Assembly: GCA_965248355.1 (NCBI GenBank)
Contig: OZ252098.1
Span: 4,512,001-4,576,000, forward strand
Reading direction: 5' to 3'
From: Candidatus Latescibacterota bacterium
GTDB lineage: Bacteria > Latescibacterota > UBA2968 > UBA8231
DNA: 64,000 bases
Under the pieces are notes generated by a model, which made no database searches, was not told the DNA's origin, and saw only the letters and a list, made by a program, of their open reading frames with translations. Both the position numbers and the translations under genes were made by a program. The number at the start of each line of letters is the position of its first letter. Position 1 is the stretch's first letter. Below, piece by piece: positions 40,138 to 49,145 of the stretch.

Positions 40138-41280
40138 CTAGCGGTCGATCTCGGGGATGACGACGTCGACGCTGCCCAGGATCGCCACCGTGTCGGCCAG
40201 CATCGTCCCCGGCAGCACCGCGGGCATGGTCGAGACGTTGGCGAAGGAGGGCGTGCGCAGCTTCACGCGCACCGGCGTGTCCGTGCCGTCGCTGCGGATG
40301 TAGATGCCGAAGTGGCCGCGCGCCGACTCGCAGGCGAAGTAGTGGTCGCCCGCCGGCGGCCGGATGCGCTTGGGCACCTTCGGCGCCTGCACCGGCCCCT
40401 CGGGGATGCCGCGCAGGGCCTGCTCGATCAGCCGCAGAGACTGCTCCATCTCGGCCATGCGCACCATGTGGCGGTCGAAGCAGTCGCCGCCGGCGCCGGT
40501 GGGCACGTCGAACTCCAGCCGGTCGTAGAGGCCGTAGGGCTCGTCCTTGCGCACGTCGCGGGCGATCCCGGCGGCGCGCAGGCAGGGCCCGGTGACGCCG
40601 TAGTCGAGCCCCAGCGGCCCGCCCATCACCCCGACGCCGCGGGTGCGGTGCCGGAAGATGACGTTGCGCGTCACCAGCTTGTGGTACTCCTCCAGGCGGT
40701 CGGTGAAGTAGTCGCAGAAGTCGGAGACGTCACGCAGGAAGACATCGTCCACGTCCATGGTGACGCCGCCGAAGCGCCCGTAGCAGTAGGTCAGGCGCGA
40801 GCCGGTGACGTAGTCGAGCAGGTCGAGGATCTTCTCGCGGTCGGTGAAGGCGTAGAGGAAGGGGGTGAACCCCCCCAGGTCGAGCAGGTAGGTGCCCATC
40901 CACAGCAGGTGGCTGGAGATGCGGTTCAGCTCGCCGGCGATGACGCGGATGTACTCGGCGCGCTCGGGCACCTCGATCTGCATCGCCCTCTCCACCGCCT
41001 GGCAGTAGCCGAGGTTGTAGATCATCCCCGACAGGTAGTCGATGCGGCTGGTGTTGGGCAGGAACTGCAGGTAGTCCCGGTTCTCGGCCATCTTCTCGTG
41101 GGCCCGGTGGCCGTAGCCGATCACCGGCTCGCAGGCGAGGATGCGCTCCCCTTCCAGGTGCAGGCGCAGGCGCAGCACCCCGTGGGTGGAGGGGTGCTGG
41201 GGGCCCATGTTCAGGTAGTAGGTCTCGCGGTCGGCCTCGTCCGGCACCAGCTCCATGGTGGGTGAAGGGTTGACGGTCAT
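40138..41280 (-). CDS. nuoD: NADH-quinone oxidoreductase subunit D
   Basis: [28 protein letters not shown]; ends VIPEIDR; no NiFe-binding CxxC. Confidence 0.96.
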   Translation of the reverse strand: MTVNPSPTMELVPDEADRETYYLNMGPQHPSTHGVLRLRLHLEGERILACEPVIGYGHRAHEKMAENRDYLQFLPNTSRIDYLSGMIYNLGYCQAVERAMQIEVPERAEYIRVIAGELNRISSHLLWMGTYLLDLGGFTPFLYAFTDREKILDLLDYVTGSRLTYCYGRFGGVTMDVDDVFLRDVSDFCDYFTDRLEEYHKLVTRNVIFRHRTRGVGVMGGPLGLDYGVTGPCLRAAGIARDVRKDEPYGLYDRLEFDVPTGAGGDCFDRHMVRMAEMEQSLRLIEQALRGIPEGPVQAPKVPKRIRPPAGDHYFACESARGHFGIYIRSDGTDTPVRVKLRTPSFANVSTMPAVLPGTMLADTVAILGSVDVVIPEIDR

Positions 41281-41783
41281 GCCTCCTCCCCCTCGTCCTC
41301 CGTCTCCTCGACCACGACCCCGGACAGCTGGTGGCGCAGGGGGTCCTCGTCGACGAAGTCCTTGCGCAGCGGATGGCCGCTGTAGTCCTCCGGCATGAGG
41401 ATGCGCTTGAGATCGGGGTGACCCTCCACCGGCACGCCGTGCATGTCCCAGACCTCGCGCTCGTACCAGTCGGCCCCCGGGAAGACGGCGGCGATGCTCA
41501 CCGCCGGCTGTCCGCCGTCGAGGCGCACGCGGACCAGGTGGCGGTCGGCATCCCCCGGGCGGTTGAACTGGTAGGCGAGGGTGAAGGCCCCCACCTCCTC
41601 GTCGCCGCGCTCGTCGAGGCAGGTGAGGTGCTCGAGGTAGTAGCCGGCGTCGCGGAAGCAGCGCGCCACCTCGGGCATGGCCTCGGCCTCGGCCGCGTGC
41701 CCGCGGTGATGGCCCCGCGTCGCGTAGTCCTGATCGGAGGAGTCGGTGACCCCGGCCGGTTGTGGGAGGGGGCCGCCGATCAC
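41277..41783 (-). CDS. nuoC: NADH-quinone oxidoreductase subunit C
   Basis: [13 protein letters not shown]...[26 protein letters not shown] 41783 overlaps the nuoB stop. Confidence 0.92.
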   Translation of the reverse strand: MIGGPLPQPAGVTDSSDQDYATRGHHRGHAAEAEAMPEVARCFRDAGYYLEHLTCLDERGDEEVGAFTLAYQFNRPGDADRHLVRVRLDGGQPAVSIAAVFPGADWYEREVWDMHGVPVEGHPDLKRILMPEDYSGHPLRKDFVDEDPLRHQLSGVVVEETEDEGEEA

Positions 41784-42298
41784 GCCACCGTGGCCCGGGC
41801 CGTGTCCCCGGCCTTGATCTTCTCTTCGAGCTTGAGGATGCCGGCGAAGAGCGCCTCGGGGCGGGGCGGGCACCCCGGGACGTAGACGTCCACGGGGATG
41901 ATCTTGTCGGCGCCCTCGATGATGGCGTACTGGCCGGGATACTTGAAGGGCCCGCCGTCGATGGTGCAGCCGCCCATGGCGATCGACCACTTGGGCGAGG
42001 GCATCTGGTCCCACAAGGTCTTGATCACCGGGCCCATCTTCCGCGAGATCGTGCCCGCCGTGATCATGACGTCGGCCTGCCGGGCGCTGGGGCGGAAGAC
42101 GCCGGCGCCGATGCGGTCCAGGTCGAAGCGAGAGGCGCCCACGGCCATCATCTCGATGGCGCAGCAGGCGAGGCCGAAGGTCAGCGGCCACAGGGAGTTG
42201 GCGCGGGCGAGGTTGAGCAGGTTCTCGAGCTTGTCGAGATGCACGAGGGGCTTGGCCTGCTCGAGCAGGACGTCGCTCGGTTCGCTGGCTTTCGTCAC
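41780..42298 (-). CDS. nuoB: NADH-quinone oxidoreductase subunit B
   Basis: [28 protein letters not shown]. Confidence 0.97.
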   Translation of the reverse strand: MTKASEPSDVLLEQAKPLVHLDKLENLLNLARANSLWPLTFGLACCAIEMMAVGASRFDLDRIGAGVFRPSARQADVMITAGTISRKMGPVIKTLWDQMPSPKWSIAMGGCTIDGGPFKYPGQYAIIEGADKIIPVDVYVPGCPPRPEALFAGILKLEEKIKAGDTARATVA

Positions 42299-42302
42299 GT
42301 TT

Positions 42303-42659
42303 CTACCTCCAGTGCAGGACGCCCTTGCGCCAGGCGTAGACCACGGCGAGGAAGAGGATGCCGATGAACAGGGAGAGCTCGACCAGGTCGCGCCAGGCGT
42401 ACTCCCCGAAGACCACGGCCACCGGCAGGATGTAGAGCACGTCCACCTCGAAGGCCACGAAGATCAGGGCGAACAGGTAGTAGGCGATGTCGAAGCGCAC
42501 CCAGGCGCTGCCCTCGGTGTCGACGCCGCACTCGTAGGTGTCGCGGGTCTTGGCGCCCAGCGACCGGGGCGCCAGGAACAGCGGCGCGATCACCGGGGCC
42601 AGGCCGAGGACCGTGCCGACGACGAGCAGGGCGCCGAAGAATCCGTATTCGGAGACCAA
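42303..42659 (-). CDS. nuoA: NADH-quinone oxidoreductase subunit A
   Basis: [21 protein letters not shown]; start TTG 42659 after GAGGT is inferred. Confidence 0.93.
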   Translation of the reverse strand: MVSEYGFFGALLVVGTVLGLAPVIAPLFLAPRSLGAKTRDTYECGVDTEGSAWVRFDIAYYLFALIFVAFEVDVLYILPVAVVFGEYAWRDLVELSLFIGILFLAVVYAWRKGVLHWR

Positions 42660-42742
42660 GGGACCTCGAGTTCGGAGTTGGGGAAACGCGGCGGTCCAGC
42701 AAATATCCTGTACGCCGCGGCCTCGTGCCAGAAGCGGGCCGG

Positions 42743-43576
42743 CTAGGAATCCCCCGGGGGCGCCGCCAGGGACCTCGCCCGCCGTTGCCACCCGTAGCGG
42801 CTCTCCCCGGTGAGCAGGGCCCGGAGCTCCTCCGGCAGGCCGGCTGCGAACTCCGGGTCGGGCTCGTACCCGTGCCAGGTCTGGAACATGGTGGGCGTGT
42901 AGCCGCCGATGATCAGCACCCGGTCGCGGTCCGAGCGGATGATCCCGGAGGAGTGCATGAGGGACTCGAAGAACAGCAGCGTCGACCCCGCCGGCGCCTC
43001 CACCTGGTGGATCAGGCCCGGGTCGGCCAGGGCCGCCTCGATGATGGCCCGGCCGTCCGCCTCCTCCGGCACCTTGTGGGTGCCGGCGATGACCGCGGTG
43101 CCGCCGTCGTCGGGCCCCAGGTCGGTCAGGTTCGTCAGGGTCTTCACGAAGCTGAAGTGATAGAGGCCCTGGGCCGTGTGGCCGTAGCCCGGGTTGATGC
43201 CGCGGTGGAAGCTGTACCTCTGCTCCTCCGCCGGCACCGGCCGCCGGATGTGGGCGTCCGACTGCTCGAGGCGCACCGTGCCGCCCACGATCTCCTGCAC
43301 CATGCCCAGCAGCCGGGGGTGGGTCAGGTAGTCGAAGTAGCAGGGGGCCAGGTGCGGCAGGTTGTCGACGCGGAAGAAGTCGTCCCGGGTGGCCGACAGG
43401 TGGCAGCTGGGGCCGGGCGGCTCTCCCGTCTCCCGGCAGCGGCGCTCGATCTCGCAGGTCGTCTCGAGCAGGGTCTTCACCTCGCCGGCGCTCAGCACGT
43501 CCTCGACGACGACGTACCCGTTTACCTCGAGGTGCAGGCGCTGGGAGGCGGTCAGGGCGGGGAAGGGGACGGTCAC
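42743..43576 (-). CDS. PhyH family Fe(II)/2OG enzyme with an HxG motif
   Basis: VNGYVVVEDVLS, YLTHPRLL, FHRG, GGTAVIAGTH, FFESLMHS...R; GTG 43576 overlaps the upstream stop. Confidence 0.85.
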   Translation of the reverse strand: MTVPFPALTASQRLHLEVNGYVVVEDVLSAGEVKTLLETTCEIERRCRETGEPPGPSCHLSATRDDFFRVDNLPHLAPCYFDYLTHPRLLGMVQEIVGGTVRLEQSDAHIRRPVPAEEQRYSFHRGINPGYGHTAQGLYHFSFVKTLTNLTDLGPDDGGTAVIAGTHKVPEEADGRAIIEAALADPGLIHQVEAPAGSTLLFFESLMHSSGIIRSDRDRVLIIGGYTPTMFQTWHGYEPDPEFAAGLPEELRALLTGESRYGWQRRARSLAAPPGDS

Positions 43577-44460
43577 GGGGTGCCCGTGCCGGGCACGTCG
43601 ACGTCGACCACCAGGATGCGCCCGTCGCCGGGATGACGCTCGTGGCCGAGCACGGTCGACAGGCACAGGAAGAGGGTCCGCATCTCCGGCCCGCCGAGGG
43701 TGCAGGCGTAGGAGGCGGCGCCGTCCACGTCGATGCGGTCGACGATCTCGCCGCCCTCGCGCAGGCGCAGGAACCCTCCGGGCCCGCCGTACGCGTAGCA
43801 GGGCACGGCCACCCACAGACAGCCCTCCTCGTCCATGGTGATCCCGTCGGGGGGCGCCCCGATGTCGGCCCACACGCGCCGGTTCGTCAGGGAGCCGTCC
43901 TCCTCGACGTCGAAGGCGCTCAGCCGGTTGGCGAAGGTCTCGGAGACGATGTAGGTGCGGCCGTCGGGGGAGATGACGGCGCCGTTGGGGTAGGTCACGC
44001 GGTCGGCGGCGATGCGCGCCTCGCCATCGGGGTCGACCCGGATGATGTGGCTGAAGCCGGGTATGTTCCCCGGCCCGGGGGGTCTGGACTCGTCCAGGTC
44101 CTGCCAGCTGCCGACGTAGGCCCGCCCCCGGCCGTCGACGACCATGTCGTTGCACGGCAGGCCGTCCACGGCCTTCATGTCCCCCGCCAGCGTCAGGGAG
44201 CCGCCGGGGCCGACGGCCAGGAGCCGGCCCTGCTGCACGGAGACGACCAGCAGGGTGCCGTCGGGACGCCAGCCGAGGCCGGAGGGCCACCCGGGCACGG
44301 CGGCGATGGTCTCGAGGCGGCCGGCCAGGTCGACCCGCATCACCTCGCCGCCCAGCACGTCGGAGAACCACAGGCGGCCCTCGCCGCCGGGGCCGGCGCG
44401 CCAGCGCGGGCCCTCGGGGAAGTAGAGGCCGTCTGCGAGAAGCTCGGGGGTTCGCGGCAT
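43573..44460 (-). CDS. SMP-30/gluconolactonase/LRE family protein
   Basis: FPEGPRW, LWFSD, CNDMVVD, PNG, PDGITMDEEGCLWVA, LGGPEMRTLF. Confidence 0.92.
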   Translation of the reverse strand: MPRTPELLADGLYFPEGPRWRAGPGGEGRLWFSDVLGGEVMRVDLAGRLETIAAVPGWPSGLGWRPDGTLLVVSVQQGRLLAVGPGGSLTLAGDMKAVDGLPCNDMVVDGRGRAYVGSWQDLDESRPPGPGNIPGFSHIIRVDPDGEARIAADRVTYPNGAVISPDGRTYIVSETFANRLSAFDVEEDGSLTNRRVWADIGAPPDGITMDEEGCLWVAVPCYAYGGPGGFLRLREGGEIVDRIDVDGAASYACTLGGPEMRTLFLCLSTVLGHERHPGDGRILVVDVDVPGTGTP

Positions 44461-44482
44461 GGGTTCCTTCCGCTGCGCGGGA

Positions 44483-44929
44483 TCAGGAGGTGGGCGCGCC
44501 CGCGGCCACCCAGTCGACGATGAGCTGGATCTCCTCGTCGCTCAGGGGCGGCAGCCCGATGGGCATCTGCTGGCCGGCTCCCGTGCCCTTCACCTTGCGG
44601 ATCAGGTACGAGTCGTCGGGATGGCCCGGGTCGATCAGCTTCGCCGACTCCGCCTGCTGGCTCACCGCGTCGATGATCTCCGCCACCTGGTCCGCCTCCA
44701 GGGACAGGCCCGCCGCCCGGGAGGCCCCGGCGTGACAGCCGCTGGTGGCGCACTTGGGCGTGAAGATCTCGGCGCTCAGCCGCGCCAGGGTGACGGGCTC
44801 GCGCCCGTTCTCCTCGCCGTCCCCGTCCTCCACCGGCCGGCCGTCGGGTCCCAGGGTCGAGCCGTCGCCGCCGCAGGCCGGCAGCAGGGCCAGCACCAGC
44901 AGCGCCGCCGCCGCTTGTCGAAGTCTCAA
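44483..44929 (-). CDS. Lipoprotein with a cytochrome c-like domain (Cx4CH)
   Basis: Lipobox LPAC; CATSGCH; PGHPDDSYL; QMP; IVDWVAAGA. Confidence 0.72.
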   Translation of the reverse strand: MRLRQAAAALLVLALLPACGGDGSTLGPDGRPVEDGDGEENGREPVTLARLSAEIFTPKCATSGCHAGASRAAGLSLEADQVAEIIDAVSQQAESAKLIDPGHPDDSYLIRKVKGTGAGQQMPIGLPPLSDEEIQLIVDWVAAGAPTS

Positions 44930-44937
44930 CGGCCGGC

Positions 44938-45591
44938 CTAGCCCTCGAACCCCACGTCGCGGTGGGCGCCGTCGCAGAAGGGCTTGTTCTTCGAGGCGCC
45001 GCAGCGGCAGAGGGCGTAGTGGTCCCTGGAGACCGGGGCGGCTCCGTTGGGATCCAGGAGCGGCAGGCCGCCGCGCACGTGCAGAGGGCCGTCCCTGGAG
45101 ACGAAGATCTCGGGCTCGGAGAAGTATTCGTCGTGGAGGTCGTCCCCGAGGCGGTAGGCCAGGGAGCCGGAGGGGCAGCGGCGGATGGTGTCGATGATCT
45201 TCTGCCGCTCGGCGGCGTCGGGCTCGGCGCGGCGCTCGTCCCCCTCCCAACGGAAGAACACCTCGGGCGCGCCGTCGACGCACTCGCCGGCGTGGCAGCA
45301 GGCGTCGACGTTGTCGACGATGGTCAGCTCCTGCCCCTCGCAGAGCCTGGCCTCCGGCTCCCCGCGGGACTCGCACTCGCCCGAGAAGCCGTTCTCCTTG
45401 TGGGTGCCGTCGCAGAAGGGCTTGTTCGCGGACCCGCCGCAGCGGCACAGGGCGATGACGTTCCTCTCGCTGTCCTCCCTCTCCGTGGGGGGCTCTATGG
45501 GCCCGTCGTCGGCGTCGGTCAGGGTCATCAGATTCTTGACCAGCAGGGGGCCGGTCTCCAGCACCTCGATCGTCGGTCTCTCGTCGCTCAA
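44938..45591 (-). CDS. Iron-sulfur protein: two CDGSH domains flanking a divergent 4Fe-4S ferredoxin domain
   Basis: LCRCGGSANKPFCDGTH; CCHAGEC...CPSGSL; LCRCGASKNKPFCDGAH; TTG 45591 overlaps the mazG stop. Confidence 0.9.
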   Translation of the reverse strand: MSDERPTIEVLETGPLLVKNLMTLTDADDGPIEPPTEREDSERNVIALCRCGGSANKPFCDGTHKENGFSGECESRGEPEARLCEGQELTIVDNVDACCHAGECVDGAPEVFFRWEGDERRAEPDAAERQKIIDTIRRCPSGSLAYRLGDDLHDEYFSEPEIFVSRDGPLHVRGGLPLLDPNGAAPVSRDHYALCRCGASKNKPFCDGAHRDVGFEG

Positions 45592-46415
45592 CTCGCCGCG
45601 CTCCTTTCCAGGGTTTCCTTCACCTCGTTCCACACCGAGTCCATCTCCTCCAGACTCGCCGCCGTCAGGTCCCGGCCCCGCTCGCGGAAGATCTCCTCCA
45701 CCCGGCGAAAGCGCCGGTCGAACTTGTCCACGGCCGCGCGCAGGGCCTGCTCGGCGTCGACCTCGAGGAAGCGGGCGCAATTGACGAGGGCGAAGAGCAG
45801 GTCGCCGAACTCCTCCTCGACCCGCCGCCGCGCCTCGGGGCCGTCGGTGCGCCGCCGCCACTCGTTGCGCAGCTCGTCGAATTCCTCGGAGACCTTGTCC
45901 AGGGGCTCGTCGATGCGCTCCCAGTCGAAGCCGACGCGCGAGGCCTTGGTCTGCACGCGCTGCGCCCGCAACAGGGCGGGCAGCGGCTTCGGCACCCCGT
46001 CGAGGGCAGAGGCGGTGCGGCCGCCGTCCTCGCGCTCGGAGCGCTTGATCGCCTCCCAGTTGGCCGCCACCTGCCCGGCGCCGTCCACCTGCAGGTCGCC
46101 GAAGACGTGGGGGTGACGGCGCACGAGCTTGTCGACGATGGCGCGGCAGACGTCGTCCATGGTGAACCGTCCGTCCTCGGCGGCCACCTGGGCGTGGAAG
46201 ACGATCTGCAACAGCAGGTCGCCGAGTTCGGCGCACAGGTCGGCGTCGGCCCCGGCGTCGATCGCCTCGAGGACCTCGTAGGCCTCCTCGAGGAGGTAGG
46301 GCTTGAGGGTCCGGTGATCCTGCTCCCGGTCCCAGGGACAGCCCTGCGGCGAGCGCAGGCGCACCATGGTCTCCACGAGCTCGGAGAAGGCGGAGGGCGG
46401 GTGCGGATCGGCCAA
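45588..46415 (-). CDS. mazG: Nucleoside triphosphate pyrophosphohydrolase MazG
   Basis: GCPWDREQ, EEAYE, ELGDLLLQ, RRHPHVF, EEFGDLLF. Confidence 0.96.
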   Translation of the reverse strand: MADPHPPSAFSELVETMVRLRSPQGCPWDREQDHRTLKPYLLEEAYEVLEAIDAGADADLCAELGDLLLQIVFHAQVAAEDGRFTMDDVCRAIVDKLVRRHPHVFGDLQVDGAGQVAANWEAIKRSEREDGGRTASALDGVPKPLPALLRAQRVQTKASRVGFDWERIDEPLDKVSEEFDELRNEWRRRTDGPEARRRVEEEFGDLLFALVNCARFLEVDAEQALRAAVDKFDRRFRRVEEIFRERGRDLTAASLEEMDSVWNEVKETLERSAAS

Positions 46416-46660
46416 GGGAGCTCCTGGCGGGAGGAGGAAACACCGGGAAGAGCGGGAAATGTACGCGCCCGGGGCGCCGGCGCCATGCAGGGCGCGGATG
46501 GGCAGGTTGACGCTCCCGGAGGGCCGGCCTTACCTTGCCGCCCGCCACCCGGCCGCAGCACTTTTTCGGTGCTTCCCGGGCCTGTATGGCGGCGCGGTTC
46601 ACCTCTGTGGAACCGCGCTTTCCTGCGTGTCCCGCGGCCCTTTTTCCAAGAGCGGAACCC

Positions 46661-47437
46661 ATGGGCAGAATCATCGCCGTCGCCAACCAGAAGGGGGGCG
46701 TGGGCAAGACGACGACGGCGGTGAACCTGGCGGCCTGCCTGGCGGTGGGCGGCCATCCCACCCTGCTGATCGACCTCGACCCCCAGGCCAACGCCACCAG
46801 CGGCTGTGAGCCGGGTCCCGTCAGCCTCGAAGGCTCCGTGTACGAGGTCCTTCTCGGCCACGCGCCCCTCGAAGCCGTGATCTGCGCCACCGCCATCGCC
46901 GGCTTCGACCTGGTGCCCTCCCACATCTCGCTGGCCGGCGCCGAGGTGGAGATGGCCTCCATCCTCGGCCGCGAGAGGCGCCTGTCGGAGGCCCTCGAGT
47001 CGACCCGGGGCGACTACGATTTCGTCATCGTCGACTGCCCGCCCTCCCTCGGCCTGCTGACCCTCAACGCCCTGACCGCGGCCAACTCCTGCCTGATCCC
47101 CGTGCAGTGCGAGTACTACGCTCTCGAGGGGCTGAGCAAGCTGCTCAGCTCGATTCAGCTCGTGCAGCGCTACCTCAACCCCTCCCTGGAGATCGAGGGG
47201 GTCCTGCTGACCATGTTCGACGAGCGCCTGCAGCTGTCCCGGCGGGTCGCCGCCGAGGTCAAGTCGTACTTCGACGACAAGGTCTACGCCACCGAGATCC
47301 GGCGGAACGTCAGCCTCGCGGCGGCCCCGAGCTTCGGCCGCCCCGTCATCCTCTACGAGCCGCGCTCCACCGGCGCCCACAACTACAGCCGCCTCGCCGA
47401 CGAGATCCGCGGCGCCCCCCCCCTGGCCATGGCCTGA
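46661..47437 (+). CDS. parA: ParA/Soj family ATPase (no adjacent parB)
   Basis: NQKGGVGKTTT, DLDPQANAT, DCPPSLG, PVQCEYYALEG. Confidence 0.92.
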   Translation: MGRIIAVANQKGGVGKTTTAVNLAACLAVGGHPTLLIDLDPQANATSGCEPGPVSLEGSVYEVLLGHAPLEAVICATAIAGFDLVPSHISLAGAEVEMASILGRERRLSEALESTRGDYDFVIVDCPPSLGLLTLNALTAANSCLIPVQCEYYALEGLSKLLSSIQLVQRYLNPSLEIEGVLLTMFDERLQLSRRVAAEVKSYFDDKVYATEIRRNVSLAAAPSFGRPVILYEPRSTGAHNYSRLADEIRGAPPLAMA

Positions 47438-48204
47438 TGCGGATCGCAGACACCCACTGCCACGCCGGCCTGCTCAAGTACGAGCCGGTCGAGTCCCTCC
47501 TCTACCACATGGAGATCTCCGGGGTGAGCCAGGCCGTGCTCATCCAGTACGGCGGCAACAGCGACAACAGCTACCTGGTGGACTGCCTGCAGCGCTGCCC
47601 CGGGCGCTTCGCGGCGGCCATGATCGTCGATCCGGATGACGACGGCACCGCCATGCGGCGCTGGGCGGCGGCCGGCCTGACGGGCATCCGGCTCGGCGTC
47701 GAGTCGCGGGCCCGGGCCGACGACCCCCTGGCGCACTGGCGCACGGCGGCCGACCTGGGCCTGGTGGTGAGCGCCGTGTGCACGCCGGAGGAGATGCTGT
47801 CGGAGGGGTTCCGCGAGGTGCTCGACACCTTTCCGGACCTGTCGATCTGCATCGAGCACCTGGCCAGCGTGGGCCGCGCCGACACGGACGTGGAGTACCG
47901 CCGGGGCCTGGATGGGATCGCGTCGCGGCCGAACCTGTCCATGAAGCTGCCGGGCTTCGGCGAGTTCTGCCTCGGCCCCCTGCCCTTCGACCCCATTCCG
48001 CCGGTGGCGCGTCTGGCCCTGGAGGCCTTCGGCCCCGAGCGGCTCATGTGGGGCTCCGACTTCCCCCCGGTGAGCGGGCGCGAGGGCTACCACAACTCCC
48101 TGCAGGTGCCCTTCGACTACTTCGGCGACCTGAGCGACTCCGACCGCGAGTGGATCTTCGGGGGCGCCGCCCGCGCCGTCTGGGACCTGCCGCCGCTGCC
48201 CTAG
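47437..48204 (+). CDS. Amidohydrolase_2 family metallohydrolase
   Basis: DTHCH, IEHLA, FGPERLMWGSDFP. Confidence 0.88.
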   Translation: MRIADTHCHAGLLKYEPVESLLYHMEISGVSQAVLIQYGGNSDNSYLVDCLQRCPGRFAAAMIVDPDDDGTAMRRWAAAGLTGIRLGVESRARADDPLAHWRTAADLGLVVSAVCTPEEMLSEGFREVLDTFPDLSICIEHLASVGRADTDVEYRRGLDGIASRPNLSMKLPGFGEFCLGPLPFDPIPPVARLALEAFGPERLMWGSDFPPVSGREGYHNSLQVPFDYFGDLSDSDREWIFGGAARAVWDLPPLP

Positions 48205-49145
48205 GCCTGGCCCGCGCGCACCACCACCGACTGCAGAACCCCGCGGCCTCCGCCGCAGTCCTCTCCCGGCCCCGGCGCCGGCCGCATCCCTTCCGCCCCG
48301 CTCAGCCCCCGCCCCACGGCGCGCTCGAAAGCGCCCGGCCCCCAGCCCTCGCAGCCCGACGAGACCAGCAGCCAGCCCCCCGGCGCCAGGAGCCCCGCGC
48401 AGCCCTGGACGAGGGCCGTCAGATCGCGCTCGACGCGCCAGGGGCCTCCGTCCCGGCCGCGGGACCGGGAGAAGGCGGGCGGATCGCAGACGATGCCGTC
48501 GAACCGCCGCTGCCGCCGGCGGCAGCCCTCGACCAGCAGGCGGGCGTCGACCGCGGGATACTCGACGGCGGCCCCGTCCATGCCGTTGAGGGCGGCGTTC
48601 TGCCGGGCCCAGGCCAGGTGGGTCCGGCTGACGTCGTTCTGCACCATCTCGTGGGCCCCGCCGGCCAGGGCGGCGAGGCCGAACCCCCCGGTATAGGCGA
48701 ACAGGTTGAGCACCCGGGCGCCGCGGGCGTGCTCGCGCACCCAGGCGCGGTTGCGCCGCTGATCCAGGAACAGGCCGGGGGACTGGCCGCCCGCCGCGCG
48801 CAGCTGGAAGCGCAGGCCCGCCTCGGCGGCGGTCCACGTCTCCGGCGCTCCGGGGGAGGACCAGTGGCGCCGGAGGCCGGGGTCCCGCCCCCGGTCCGGC
48901 ATGCAGCGCAGATGCCAGTGGCCGGCGCCGGCGGCGCCGGTGAAGGCGTCCAGGCGGGCGAGATCCTCAGGCCGGGGGGAGGCGTCCCGGTACCAGGAGA
49001 ACCAGCAGACCGGGCCGTAGCGGTCGCAGCGCAGGGTCCCGTCCTCGTCGTTCAGCAGCCGGGCGCAGGTGTCGGGGGCGGACAGGTCGAAGAGCCGGCG
49101 GCGGCGGTCGAGGGCGCGGCGCCAGGGAGCGGGCAGGTCGCTCAA
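48201..49145 (-). CDS. RlmI/RlmK-like class I SAM methyltransferase
   Basis: GLFLDQRRNR, VLNLFAYTGGF, DPPAF. Confidence 0.85.
   Translation of the reverse strand: MSDLPAPWRRALDRRRRLFDLSAPDTCARLLNDEDGTLRCDRYGPVCWFSWYRDASPRPEDLARLDAFTGAAGAGHWHLRCMPDRGRDPGLRRHWSSPGAPETWTAAEAGLRFQLRAAGGQSPGLFLDQRRNRAWVREHARGARVLNLFAYTGGFGLAALAGGAHEMVQNDVSRTHLAWARQNAALNGMDGAAVEYPAVDARLLVEGCRRRQRRFDGIVCDPPAFSRSRGRDGGPWRVERDLTALVQGCAGLLAPGGWLLVSSGCEGWGPGAFERAVGRGLSGAEGMRPAPGPGEDCGGGRGVLQSVVVRAGQA

Larger units (their letters stand above)
38968..40138 (-). mobile_element. IS630-family insertion sequence, 1171 bp, with TA target duplication
   Basis: Imperfect terminal inverted repeats GTGTCCCGTCCGAGAATTAAG / GTGTCGCGTCCGACAAATGAG; TA at 38966-38967 and 40139-40140. 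Confidence 0.95.

Noticed and set aside
40138..42298. Group 4 NiFe hydrogenase
   Set aside because: The large subunit lacks both CxxC motifs, and NuoB has the adjacent CC typical of complex I
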